The position numbers and the translations under genes were made by a program. A stretch of DNA of 63,135 nucleotides, the filler included, from Octopus bimaculoides (taxonomy: Eukaryota): the NCBI RefSeq assembly GCF_001194135.2. It is 5 parts of 5 records of this genome, joined end to end, with 100 filler letters (N's around TTAATTAATTAA, not from the genome) between each part and the next. Parts side by side here need not be neighbours in the genome. Positions count along the whole stretch, not along the records: positions 1 to 17,245 come from NC_068990.1; positions 17,346 to 30,603 come from NC_068984.1; 3 more parts are not named here. One strand, 5' to 3'. The notes below the pieces were generated by a model, which was not told the origin of the DNA, did not search any database, and saw nothing but the letters and a program-made list of their open reading frames with translations. Positions 10,541-22,561 of this stretch are shown here, in pieces. Numbering within the stretch: the stretch's first letter is position 1; each line of letters starts with the position of its first letter.

Positions 10541-12143
10541 GACAGAGAGAGAGAGAGTGTGTGTGTGTGTGTGTGTGTGTGTGCGGGTGTGTATACGTGT
10601 GTTTGAATGCGAACAGCTAGGTCAACGCAACTTTAGTGTGTGGGTGTGTGTGTATATAGATTGGTGTATGAAAGACAGTGCGGAATCCTTTCAATGTTTG
10701 GCAGAGCGACTTGCCTTAAGTTATCACAAATATGATTGATCACCTGACTGCGTGTGTGGGAGGATGTATTATGTGTGAGTGCGCCTCTGTGTGTGTGTGT
10801 GTGTGCATTATACGTATGTGTGTTTATATGTATTAATACTGGGTCACTCAGTGCACATACAAACATCGTTATCATCATCATCATCATCATCATCATGGGC
10901 AGCAAGAGCAGCAGCCACAAAATAGCTTCCTTACCAGGAGACATATTGTTGTAGCCAAGTAAATAGCAACTGCATAAACACTTGACGTGCAAGAGATAGC
11001 AGCAAAATCTCCCCCAAATCACATCCTAACGTCTTTAAAAAAAAAAGTAACGTCGAATACTGTGTGCTTGGGTTCCGTATATAAATAAAAAAGACCTTGC
11101 GTAACCCTTAAAATAAATTACATGTCTCAAGGAACCCCTGCACGAAATAAATTATACACCATAGCTTTCTCATGTACTTTTCATCGTAGTTCACGTGGTA
11201 AATATGTAATATCATATAATATCTATAGAGTGTTAAACACTTTCGGTATGCAAATTAGGGACTCCTTCACAGAGTAACTGCTGCATTTGTTGAGTACATA
11301 AACAGTTTGGTTGCATGTTTCTCTGGAGACTGTTAGAATGATGTGGACACCTCTGATGGGAACCCAATAAGGTTCGAAAATCGGTTAAGATTATTCATCA
11401 TTTTTTTAAAGTCAGCAGAGAAAGACCTAAAATTCGCCCTATTTATATATATATATATGGTCATTTATGTTTATGTATGTCGACGTCATCGGTTTTATCT
11501 CGTACCCGAGGATTTATTTTCTTTTTTGCTGATCGTTTCATTTACTTTCATTTTTGCATTTGGTCTCTAGAGTTATCGTTAAATAATCAGTAGCATTTAT
11601 CACTGAACATGTTTATCGTTTTTGGTATATTGGAAGGGAAATTCAAAAGTTTTCAGAGAGATGAGTAATAGAAGGACACTGCACACGAAATACGTGCCTG
11701 GGGTCAACGTGCAAACCAACTGAATGGTTGAAGGAACCAACAAACACTCGCGCTCATGTTATCAATGCGCAATAAATGAGATTTTAAAGAAACCATCTCA
11801 AATGCTAAATAATTATTCTTTCTTTCTTTCTTCATTTTTTTTCCAATTAACTTCTTGGCTTTCAGTTTTAGGATTTTAAAATTTCATTAAAGTAGAAAAT
11901 CGTCTGCAGAGTATTGCCGTTCCTACCCACCCACCTACCTACACACACACACACAAACACATACACATGCATGCAAACATACAAGCATACACACCTACAC
12001 ATATACGTACATACGTACACACATACATACATGCATGTATATATACATGCATGCATACATACATACATACATACATGCATGCATGCATGCATACAAGGGG
12101 ATAAACATAGAGGGGAGAAACAAGGACAGACAAAGAGATTAAG

Positions 12144-12310
12144 TCGATTACATCGACCCCAGTGCGTAAGTGGTACTTGTCTAATCGACCCTGAAAGGGG
12201 TCGATTAAACAAGTACCTCGGCGAAATTTGAACTCAGAACGTAAAGACAGGCGAAATACCGCTAAGCATTTCGCCCGGCGTGCTAACCACTCTGCCAGCT
12301 CGCCGCCTTA
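12144..12310 (-). mobile_element. SINE family A copy
   Basis: Ends GCTAACCACTCTGCCAGCTCGCCGCCTTA (reverse complement of family A head). Confidence 0.85.
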
Positions 12311-12389
12311 ATATATTTTATCGATCTTGATTGTTTATGTTCGAAAGTTCAATCGTTGGTCTTCGGTGATTGAACGTAATGTATAACGA

Positions 12390-12680
12390 TGTGTGGCTGT
12401 GTGGTGAGAAGCTTGCTTCCCAGCCACGGTTTCGGGTTCAATTCTATTTGAGGAGCAAGTGTATTTTACAATAGCCCTGGGACGATTAAAGCTTTGTGAG
12501 TGGATGGGGATAACGGAAACTGAAAGAAGCCCGCCTTACCTACCTATATAAATGTTTGTTTTTGTCCTTGTTTTTGCCTTCGTCCTTCCCCGCACCGCTT
12601 GACAACCAATGTTGGTCAGTTAGGTCCCTGTAATTTAGCGGTTCGACAAGAAAGATCGATAGAATAAGTACTGAGTTTGG
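12390..12680 (+). mobile_element. SINE family B copy
   Basis: GTGGCTGTGTGGTGAGAAGCTTGCTTCCC..GGGTTCAATTC..GGAAACTGAAAGAAGCCCG..GCTTGACAACC. Confidence 0.75.
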
Positions 12681-12682
12681 AA

Positions 12683-13020
12683 GCTATTTGTTCGACTAAA
12701 ACTTTCAGTGAGGTACCCCCATGGCTCCTGTCTAATAAACGAAGCAAACAAAAGCCAAAGAATGAATGTTTTAAGAATTATATTCTAACCAGACTTGTCT
12801 TTTTTTCTTTTTGGGCTACTTTTAAAATATTTTGGGGTTCTATTTTTGGGGCTATTTTGGGGGCTATTTTTGTGGGGCTATTTTTCTTTTTGGGGGCTAT
12901 TTGTTTGACTAAAACCTTCAGGGTGGTACCACTATGGCTCCTGTCCAATGCACGTAACAAACAAAAGCCACAGAATGAATGTTTTAAGAATCATATTCTA
13001 ACCTGACTTGTCTTTTTTCT
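12683..13020. repeat. Local tandem duplication, 213-bp period
   Basis: GCTATTTGTT.GACTAAAAC.TTCAG..ATGGCTCCTGTC..ATATTCTAACC.GACTTGTCTTTTTT at 12683 and 12896; spacer is (TTTTGGGGCTA)-like units. Confidence 0.85.
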
Positions 13021-13429
13021 TTCTTTTTTTCCTTCTTTCTTTTTGAGGGGTGGGGGCGAAAGAAATCGAGTGCAATGAAAAATGGTAAACAACCACCCGG
13101 ACAAAAAAAGTCTTCAACTGTGTCAAGGTAGGAAAATAATTAAAACGTTCAGAACTCTGTAATATAAACCAGGAGTGGTTGAGTGGTTGTATTTCAATAA
13201 ACACTATTTAGATTCCCATGTTTATTATATTTTATATCTGGTGAAAATGTGTGGGTAGAATCCGGATATTGAGATTTAAATAATTTACACAATGCATTAG
13301 GTAACATGAGAAACCTGCTGTTCATTTTCGCATTGTCATAAAATTTTTGTTGACAGTTTACTGTAATGTTAAATGCCTACTGTCTAGCGCAAGTGTTTAT
13401 TTACAACACGTACCTCGTTTCTATGTTAT

Positions 13430-13710
13430 TATTTCGTTTCATTCCTAGCTTTCTTCCCGATAGACAAAAAGTCTGCTTCTAACCTAGATCCAAGCCTACT
13501 TCTCTGCAATTTTAAACGACATTAACAGGGTATATTTGTGCATGTTTATGCGTACGTGTGGAATATTCGAAGTCAGTTCAAGTGCAGATTCGTGTGTTTT
13601 ATGTATGCGTTCTTATTAATATAGCAGCATGTTGAGACGTGCATATAAACTTAAATGCTAAGCATTTGGAAAGTTTTATATATTTTGACAGTTCCTTCGA
13701 TGGCTTATAT
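13430..13710 (-). mobile_element. R4/Dong 3'UTR remnant (same family as 9592-10215)
   Basis: TAGATCCAAG and TGGAAAGTTTTA.A.ATTTT.ACAGTTCC blocks shared in the same order. Confidence 0.55.
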
Positions 13711-13792
13711 ATTGTACGTATACATGCATGCATAACCCAATGCCGTATAGATATCTCTGCCTCGTGACCTCATTTGTCATTCTATCAACTGA

Positions 13793-13940
13793 AAGAAGGC
13801 GGTGAGCTGGCAGAGTGGTTAGCACGCCGGGCGAAATGCTTATTGGTATTTCGCCTGCCGCTACGTTCTGAGTTCAAATTCCGCCGAGGTCGACTTTGCT
13901 TTTCAACCCTTTCGGGGTCGATAAATTAAGTACCAGTTGC
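13793..13940 (+). mobile_element. SINE family A copy, CpG-intact
   Basis: AAGGCGGTGAGCTGGCAGAG..TTCCGCCGAGGTCGACTTTGC..GGGGTCGATAAATTAAGTACCAGT. Confidence 0.85.
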
Positions 13941-13980
13941 ATTTGTGTATGTGTGTGTGCGCGCACACATACACATATCA

Positions 13981-14028
<48 letters not shown>

Positions 14029-14338
14029 TGATCCCTTTNNNNNNNNNNNNNNNNNNNNNNNNNNNNNNNNNNNNNNNNNNNNNNNNNNNNNNNNNNNNNN
14101 NNNNNNNNNNNNNNNNNNNNNNNNNNNNNNNNNNNNNNNNNNNNNNNNNNNNNNNNNNNNNNNNNNNNNNNNNNNNNNNNNNNNNNNNNNNNNNNNNNNN
14201 NNNNNNNNNNNNNNNNNNNNNNNNNNNNNNNNNNNNNNNNNNNNNNNNNNNNNNNNNNNNNNNNNNNNNNNNNNNNNNNNNNNNNNNNNNNNNNNNNNNN
14301 NNNNNNNNNNNNNNNNNNNNNNNNNNNNNNNNNNNNNN

Positions 14339-14374
<36 letters not shown>

Positions 14375-14386
14375 TGTATGTATATA

Positions 14387-14419
<33 letters not shown>

Positions 14420-15084
14420 ATGTATGTATGTATGTAATTATGAATGTATCTATCTATGTATACTTTACCGTTTTATATCTGCTATACTGGAAATTTCTCT
14501 AGTAACAGAGCGAGTGTCTTTAAGAAACACAATTCATTCAATAGAACAAAGTGGATCTACGTGATAAGAGGAGTTGTACGGTGTGTGCGGTGGTAGTGGA
14601 GGTGGGGGTAACGATTTTATCGGATATCAATAATTTTTCCCTACAGGAAGACATCTGCCATTAATTTTCAGTCGTATTAATCTTAAATATAAATGTTTAC
14701 ATCTGCAATCAAACTTGTTTTTCACCAATCTAAGTAGGTTTTACACACATATAGAGTAATTGGTTGCTGGAAGAACAAATGTGTTTTGTTCATTTTTAAT
14801 AATTGACCTCGACATTTCTCGAGCTTCTTAGACGGTTCAAGAGGATGAGGTTGTTAACTGATGTGGTTTTTCCCAGATATTAACCTACATATTTTTATTG
14901 TATATGCCTCAAATAGGTGATACTGTGTGAAGAGAGAGCAATATATTTGAAAAAATTATAACTTGTATTGAAGTCCAAACATTTGACATTGCTATGATTA
15001 TCATCTGTTAGAAGTGAAACCGGTTTATAACAATGTATTTGGAAATAAGTTTATTACAATGCGTGATTTGTGTGAGATATTTTG

Positions 15085-15225
15085 AGTTGGCGTTAGTAAG
15101 GGCAACCAGCCGTAGAAACCATGCCACAATAGACAACTGGAGTACGGACAACTCCCCGGCTGGCCAGCTCCTGTCAAACCGTCCAACTTATGCTAACATG
15201 GAAAACGAACGTTAAATGGTTATGT
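15085..15225 (+). mobile_element. RTE LINE 3'-tail copy
   Basis: GTTGGCGTTAGTAAGGGCAACCAGCCGTAGAAAC..CATGGAAAACGAACGTTAAAT; matches tail at 30760-30940 and 51839-51950. Confidence 0.75.
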
Positions 15226-15234
15226 TGATAATTA

Positions 15235-15292
<58 letters not shown>

Positions 15293-15892
15293 TATTGTGT
15301 GGCTTAATGGTTAGGATGTTGCACTCACGATAGCAAGATTTTGGTTTCGATTCCCAGACCAGGCGATGAGTTGTACTCTTGATTATTTCACATTGCACTG
15401 CAACCATTTGGTGTCTGATATGTGACATCTGACGATTTGATGACGCGAGTGACATAACGTGCAGCGAACACCTTCTAATCACGTTAAACAACAGATCATC
15501 AGTACAGGCTGCTCACCGAGAAGCTGCACAATTTCCATCTGTAGTTTACGACATTAGAGTCTTATATATATTTAATTTCTCTTTCTCTAATACTAACATA
15601 TTCAATAAACTACCAAACCTCCTTATGATTCAGGCGAAGAATAAACACCCCCTTTATTATATACCTTGCAGTTGAAATGTGTTGTCTTTTGTTGCTGCTC
15701 CACTCCTTTCCTTCAATGTAAATTATTCCGATCCTCGTATGAGATCCCATATTCTACTCGTAGTCCTTGATATAGATTATATACAATAGCTATTCGCATA
15801 CGGGCGGCAAGTTGGCAGAATCGTTAGCACGCCGGGTGGAATGCTTAACGGTGTTTCGTCTGCTGTTACGTTCTGAGTTCAAAATCTAGAAA

Positions 15893-16020
15893 ATAGGGGT
15901 GCATCTTATACCCGAACGCAAAACTAAAACTATGACGAGAAAGAGTTTTCTACCAAGATTTAACACTAAATTAGGGATGTATCTTATACATGAGTGCGAC
16001 TGATATTCGAGTAACTACTG
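15893..16020. mobile_element. pogo/Tc2-type DNA transposon terminal fragment
   Basis: Subterminal repeats GGG.TG.ATCTTATAC (15897, 15974) and end GTGCGACTGATATTCGAGTAACTACTG followed by TA. Confidence 0.5.
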
Positions 16021-17107
16021 TAAATTGCTACATCGCGATTAGATTTTCTTTAACAGATCTTTCTGATATAATTTTACTTATATGCGTCGTTTTCTTTTCA
16101 TCTAACAACATTTTATATTGTATTTTGTCCCTGTTCCTGGGTTTTTGTTAAAGATTTTCTAGCCTATGTATATATATATTTTTTTAATTTTATATGATAT
16201 TCATTTAATTATTTCTCTTTTATTTCCATAGATTTTCTTGCAATATTTTTGCTTTCTATTTTTTACTGTCACTTGATACAGTTTCTTCCAATTTATATTT
16301 CTATTAGATTCGTTAACAACATCAGACCATTGCTAAAATGCAATTATTTGGTCGATCTACGCAAAACCTGCCAATCTGTAAATCCCCCCCCCCTTTTTTT
16401 TACATAGTGACGCATACATACAGCAATTAAAAGTAAAACTTAACACACTGCGATCTCCCTTTCCAAGTGGTCTTCAATATTCCGTTATATAAAACATAGC
16501 CTCATTTGTGAATATCAAAGTCAAGATGTCGGCCTCATTCGTCCCCGATCTCTCTTCATTCCACACCCACTCCCACTCTCTCTCTCTCGATTTGGCATCC
16601 TGGGATATTGATAAATGTAATTTTGTCTATACATCACAGAATTATATTTTCTTGAGATATAGGAGTGTTATACCTTTTACGATAATTTTCTTTTCCAATT
16701 ACTGCCAGCGTAATTAAAATCTACAATTAACGCACACGAGAAAATCTATTTACACGTCTCACCTATTGATCCTAGTTGCATTTCATGTTCCTTCCATTCC
16801 TTTTCATGTCCATCATTAAAAAGTGACCTGTAATTTAGGTTCATTGAGAGTTACAAAGTTTAATCCTCACAGATAAACCCTTTTCAAAACCCATGTTCAC
16901 ATTTATCTCCATTGTTATCAACGTATTCCTATATTATCCTCTTCTTTTATTCTTGTCAATAGTTTTTTTTAAAATGCCAGATATTTTCGATGACTTTCGT
17001 ATCGATTTATTCTTGGTACGTTCCTGTAGATTCGAAAGTGAATATGTTAATCGCTATTGTATTCCACCAGGAAAACAAGTGTTCATGACACACACGATTC
17101 CTTAGTG

Positions 17108-17185
17108 CAGTGGGTCCCAACCTGGGGTCAGCGGGCCCCTGGTGGTCCGCAAACATAGTACTGCGGGTTCGTGAACGAAATTCAA
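17108..17185 (+). mobile_element. hAT (Charlie/Buster-like) 5' terminus
   Basis: CAGTGGGTCCCAACCTGGGGTCAGCGGGCCCCTGGTGGTCCGC resembles hAT TIR CAGTGGTTCCCAAC..; other end not found. Confidence 0.5.
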
Positions 17186-17191
17186 AATTTC

Positions 17192-17245
<54 letters not shown>

Positions 17246-17345
17246 NNNNNNNNNNNNNNNNNNNNNNNNNNNNNNNNNNNNNNNNNNNNTTAATTAATTA
17301 ANNNNNNNNNNNNNNNNNNNNNNNNNNNNNNNNNNNNNNNNNNNN
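17246..17345. other. Assembly linker N44-TTAATTAATTAA-N44
   Basis: Exactly 100 bp; 12-mer has stops in all six frames; identical structure four times in window. Confidence 0.95.
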
Positions 17346-17574
17346 TATATATATATATATATATATTTCTGCTTATTATTGGTGAGTAGATATGATCATT
17401 TAAAACCCTGTATACCTAGAATATTGGTTTTCTTATTTGTTCTCAAATTAATACATTATTGATCATTTGTGCCCAATGAACACTCTAGTTTTTGTTTTCA
17501 TTTAAATCATAACAATTACAAATTTGTGGCTTCCGAAATACTGTAAACCTGGATTGCCTTCTGGAAAGTAACAT

Positions 17575-17750
17575 TTCATCGATCCCAAAATGGTTAATTC
17601 TTGAGACGTGACACCAAAGAAGAGCATACATTCAGTCTCTGCGTGCGATTAGGCTCGGAAAGTTTGTGAGGAACCCGTTGACCCACTTTGCTGACTTTTT
17701 CGATGACACGCAGGTGTCGATGAATGGCTGAACGATCAACTCCAGCATTG
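17575..17750 (-). pseudogene. mariner transposase remnant
   Basis: VDRSAIHRHLRVIEKVSKVGQRVPHKLSEPNRTQRLNVCSSLVSRLKN*PFWDR matches the WVPHEL-region linker of mariner. Confidence 0.8.
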
Positions 17751-20161
17751 ACTTCTATATATGTAATAACAAGGTGCTTATAGTAAATAACCAAATACTG
17801 AACTGGAGAAAATCATAAATAATGCAATTTTCCATTGTCCTTCTTCTGTTATAAAGCTCCGTAATTTTCGCTTCTATGCAAAAAAATCCACGGAATGACA
17901 TTTGTGGAGAAGTATTAGTGATACTGATACATCTCCCTTGTGAAGAAGTATTAATATTTCACTAATTCGTCTCTCTTCCGAACAACTATTAGTGTAATTC
18001 TATGCATTTCATTCCCATGAAGTATCTGTTACATCACATTTTCCCCTGGAATATTAGATCTTCTTATGTAATAATAATTTACTGTATATATATGTAAGAC
18101 AGAAAACGTTTCTATTGGAAAATTTAATGCTCATTGAAACACATTATACTTTTAATAGAACGTAAATTTGCAAGGCACGCTGGACCTACATTTCTTAGCA
18201 GAATAATTTCATAAATTCAATAAATTGATTTGAACTCAAAGCAGTGTGGAAGAATATTAGACGCTTACCGGTTTTAGAATGCTAAAGACCGGTTGAGCTT
18301 TTACCAATCACACATAGCAAACATGACAGTGACTTGGAAATCTATCGATCTTTCACGTAAAACTATACATTTTCTCAGAAATCTATGATGAAGAAAGAAA
18401 AAACAAACATTTATGCGCTTCATATTCTCTTTTGATTTCGATCTTAAATAAATTATATACATATATTCATACTATAGTTCTTAGAAGAAAATGTCAAAGA
18501 ATTTAGCAGCCATGTTCATTTCAGTTTGTACACAAATTATTTATCATACGGTACAAACAACTTCAGAATTGGGTTTTATTGAATTTGATTTTTTACGAAA
18601 GCTTTCTTTTGAAATAATAATTTCAGGAATAATTGAGCATTTTGATATACAAAATTGATATGACCAACCCAACACAGACAACAATTACTAACCTGTCTTT
18701 ATATAGCTTATACGGATTAATTAAAATGAATATTTAAGCGCAACTGTGTAAAACATTCAAATTTTATTTATATTGCTAACTAACTTTATGTTAGTTGTGT
18801 TTTAGAGAAATAGGAAACAAATTCAAAAATCTGCACTTATAGTGCAGAATATGCATACATTCGCAATTAATTATCTGATAGATTTATCTCTACGCATAGT
18901 AGTACAAGAAACATTGTTTTGTATTTGGAAACTAATTTCAGGCACGTGTAGAATAATTTTCAATTATCAGGATAAATTAACACAATTAAAATCTACCGTC
19001 CATAATGAGAGTGATGTTAGATATGCAAAATGAACATTTAGTGAATGACTGTGTTGCAAGTGTACATTCAATTCTTTAATAAAGCCTACAAAAATTTGAA
19101 CGGCACAAATGCGTAATATTATATGCATGTATAAAGCTGAAAGCTGTCTGAATCATTACTTCAAACTGCTTAGCAGCATTTCTTTTGAATATATTTTCAG
19201 ATTTCAAATTCCATTTCGGGGGCGATAAAATAAGTACCAGCTGAGCATTGGAGTTGTGTGTATACATTTGTGCGTGTGTTGTGTGTGTGTGTGTCTGTGT
19301 GTCGGCATATGACTTCATATCAGTCATATGCCGACACATATCAAGTCGCAAATATTTTTCAGACTGTCGTTATTTTTTCTTTCTTCCTTTCTTTTTTCTT
19401 TTATTTTTGTTGGTAAGTACTTGTCAAAATGTTAATAACCTATTACAAAACCGTGCGATGAGATTGCAGAATAGTATAATAAACCTCTACAGTTAACTGT
19501 AAACTACAATCCACACCATTCATAATGTATTTATAAACATAAAATATTTCAATTTTTACTTAAATTTTTCACATCACCATAATAACGTCTATATTTATCA
19601 TATCGACACTACGTACTAGTTTCTATGCATTGGAATGCATTAATTATTATTATTCAGATTATTATTATTTCAAATTATTATTTATTTAATATCTTTTCCA
19701 GACGACTTGGTACATTTTACAGCTGTATTCTGTAAGAGTGTCTCTCCATTATTTCCAATGAATTACTGTGTACGCAGAGGACGGATGAACTAGTTTAAAT
19801 TTGGGATAAGCACCTAATTACATGGGTGTCTGAAAATTGATTTAGAAATATATTACATCGTCTGTTATTATATTACCACTCCATAAACCTATTTTTTCTG
19901 TCTACACATAGACGCACCCAAACAAACGCACCCACCCGTATACACACATACACACACATATATATAGATATCTGTATATATATATGTATATGCATACACA
20001 CACATACACACACGCGTGCGCACTCACACACACACACACACACACACTCACACAAACACACACACACACACACACATACACATATATATATATATGGTAA
20101 ATGAAATAGGGAAGATGAAATATACGAATTTTTTATTATTAATCATGACAATTATTTTGAC

Positions 20162-20372
20162 ACATCCAGCCTGAATTTCTCACGGGTGGGTCACTTAACA
20201 CCAAGTTCAGGAGCATCCAGTGGTGCAGATGTGTCTCATCATGTGATAAATCGATTCAACTCGTTAAAATAACAGTTCCGCAATGTATCTTCGAATTTTG
20301 TAGTGAGAAAAACATCAAAACTATGGAAAATTTTCATTTATAAAGAAGATAAAACTTAAAATCACAGATGCC
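20162..20372 (+). repeat. Unclassified interspersed repeat, copy 2
   Basis: Aligns with 2672-2872. Confidence 0.7.
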
Positions 20373-21440
20373 AAAAAAAAAAAAAAATGAACAAGCAATA
20401 CAACGAGAAAATATCAAAAATAGCCGTTAACAGATATGTATGTATAAACGCCCTCGTGCAAGTTACATGGCGCGTGACCACTCTCTCTCTCTCTTACAAG
20501 CATCCGCGAAAATGTAAGCATACGCACACGTGTGGTTTGGTGCACTCACGATCACAAAGTTAGTTAAATAACTGCTTGGTGTTTATAAGAATGGCGACGT
20601 TGAAACTAAGCTTAATACATCCATATCTTAAAATAAATTATGCTAACATATACTCAAATTCATTCCCACTGCATTGTGTGAAAGTACATTTATATCACTG
20701 TAGGCATCTCGAGAGTCTTTTAGAAAATCTGTTAATGATCTTCTCTTGTGTCCACACACTAAACAGGGATTCCTTGGAGCAGAGACGGCATCTCCGGGAA
20801 ATGATATTTTATAGATTTGCGTGCCTTACTATGCACCAAGTTATGTTCTGCTGAATGTTATCTTCCTTCAGTCGTCATACAAAATCGACCAAAGATGTTG
20901 AATATTTCTTCTTGATTCTCTTGAAGCTGACGACGTAATTGCTATAACGATTCTTAAATGAATCAAGTATCTGCCCAATGTAAACTTAAGGTTCACGGGA
21001 CAAGATTTGTATCATGAACAGATACAGGCATTTTGATTTTTCTCTGCATGAGTATTTATCATATATACGGCAGTTCCGACTTAATTTTTCCGGCGTTGTT
21101 ATCTTGTTAGCTATATCATAAGCATTTCAACTATTACGCATGTTCGCTAGATCCAGTAGGTGGGTTATTGAACTCCAGTCACAATTTACTATTATTTATG
21201 TGGTGAATAAGCTGCTTTATATTAGAAGAGTTAGCGTAGGATACATTCACGGTGTGCAAATTAAAAATAGCATGATATCGATTAGATTTAGGAAAACATC
21301 AGGAAAAGTTTTCTAGCGAACTTGGTTGAAACATGCGAACCGAGAATGAGTTTTTTTTATAATGAATTCGGAGACTTGTATAACTGCATATCTTTTATTT
21401 TAATTATTAGAATTAATTATACAGCATGTATTTCTGCTGC

Positions 21441-22519
21441 ATAGAAAATTAGCAGTTGCATTTGGAACCAGTTATTTTCAGCTACGCACCTTTATTCAAG
21501 GTCTGGCCATATATGTTAGTCGAAGCGAACTGAGTTTATTTACGCGTTGCTAAATATTTTGCTAGATTACTATGGTTTTAGACACGAAAGTGAAAGTGAA
21601 GAGGTCATTTAGAACTTTCATATGGCTATAAACGTTAGGTCGTGTTTGATTCCATCATGCTTAGGGACGAAACAGAAGGTCTTACATTTTAACGTAGGTC
21701 AAAGTGTATTTTTCAATGTTCTATGGATTAAATAAAAGTAAATTGAATTTTATCATATTAAATTAGATATATGTATTATGAGGAACTTATTTATTATGGT
21801 AATCTGAAAATATCTGTGTGCAATCGAAATTTAGGTTACCATCAGTTTCTACATCTTATATGTATTTTTATGATTTAATCTCATTTACTACCCAACTATT
21901 GTACAAAACATTGTTTAATAAACTTTATACTACTGTAGGATCTAGGATGTCGTCAAATAAGACGAATTTCCAGGTGAGATGAAATACAAATTAATTTTTA
22001 TAATTATATAATGTTTGTAAGGTGTATAGCTCAGTAGTTAGACCGTCAGGCTCACAATCATGAGGTAGTCAGTTCGATTACCGAACCGGGATGTGTGTTG
22101 GGTTCTTGAGTAAGACACTTTATTTTATGTTGTCTAATTCACTCAGCTGTGATGTCAATGGAATCAAGCTGTATCGGTGTTTGTCTTTCCCTTGGATAAC
22201 AACAGTGTCATGGGGAGGGGAGGACATGGTTTCATGATCGACTGCTGGTCTTCCATAAACAACCTTGCCCTTGTTGTGCCTCGGAGGGAACTTTCCTGGT
22301 TCAATCCCAAGGTCATTCATGACCGATGTGGTTCTGTACCTAATTTTTATAATATTTATAAATACCCCTTCTCAGACACTTTTTTCATCTAAAACCATAG
22401 GAACCTAGCAAAATACGAGAGCAACGCATAATAAACTCAGTTCACTTCAAATCACATTTATGGGCAGACCTTGAATAGTTGAAAATAGCTTATTATAAGT
22501 GCAACTGCTAATTCTCTGT
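21441..22519. mobile_element. Non-autonomous TIR/foldback element with nested SINE
   Basis: Imperfect inverted arms about 21441-21580 vs 22390-22519 (AATTAGCAGTTGCA..TATTCAAGGTCTG..GAACTGAGTTTATT..TATTTTGCTAG); no transposase seen. Confidence 0.7.
22024..22335 (+). mobile_element. tRNA-derived SINE nested in the TIR element
   Basis: TAGCTCAGTAG (A box) ... GTTCGATTACC (B box); related heads near 8293 and 15296. Confidence 0.7.
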
Positions 22520-22561
22520 CGGTCGAATCTAAACCAATAATGCTGTGTAATTAACTGTAAA

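Noticed and set aside
18263-18298. Short hairpin ACCGGTTTTAG-AATG-CTAAAGACCGGT
   Set aside because: Only about 11 bp in AT-rich DNA; too short for a pre-miRNA and no other support
20905-20960. Peptide LEADDVIA resembling the 5'-3' exonuclease motif
   Set aside because: 19-codon frame bounded by stops; chance match
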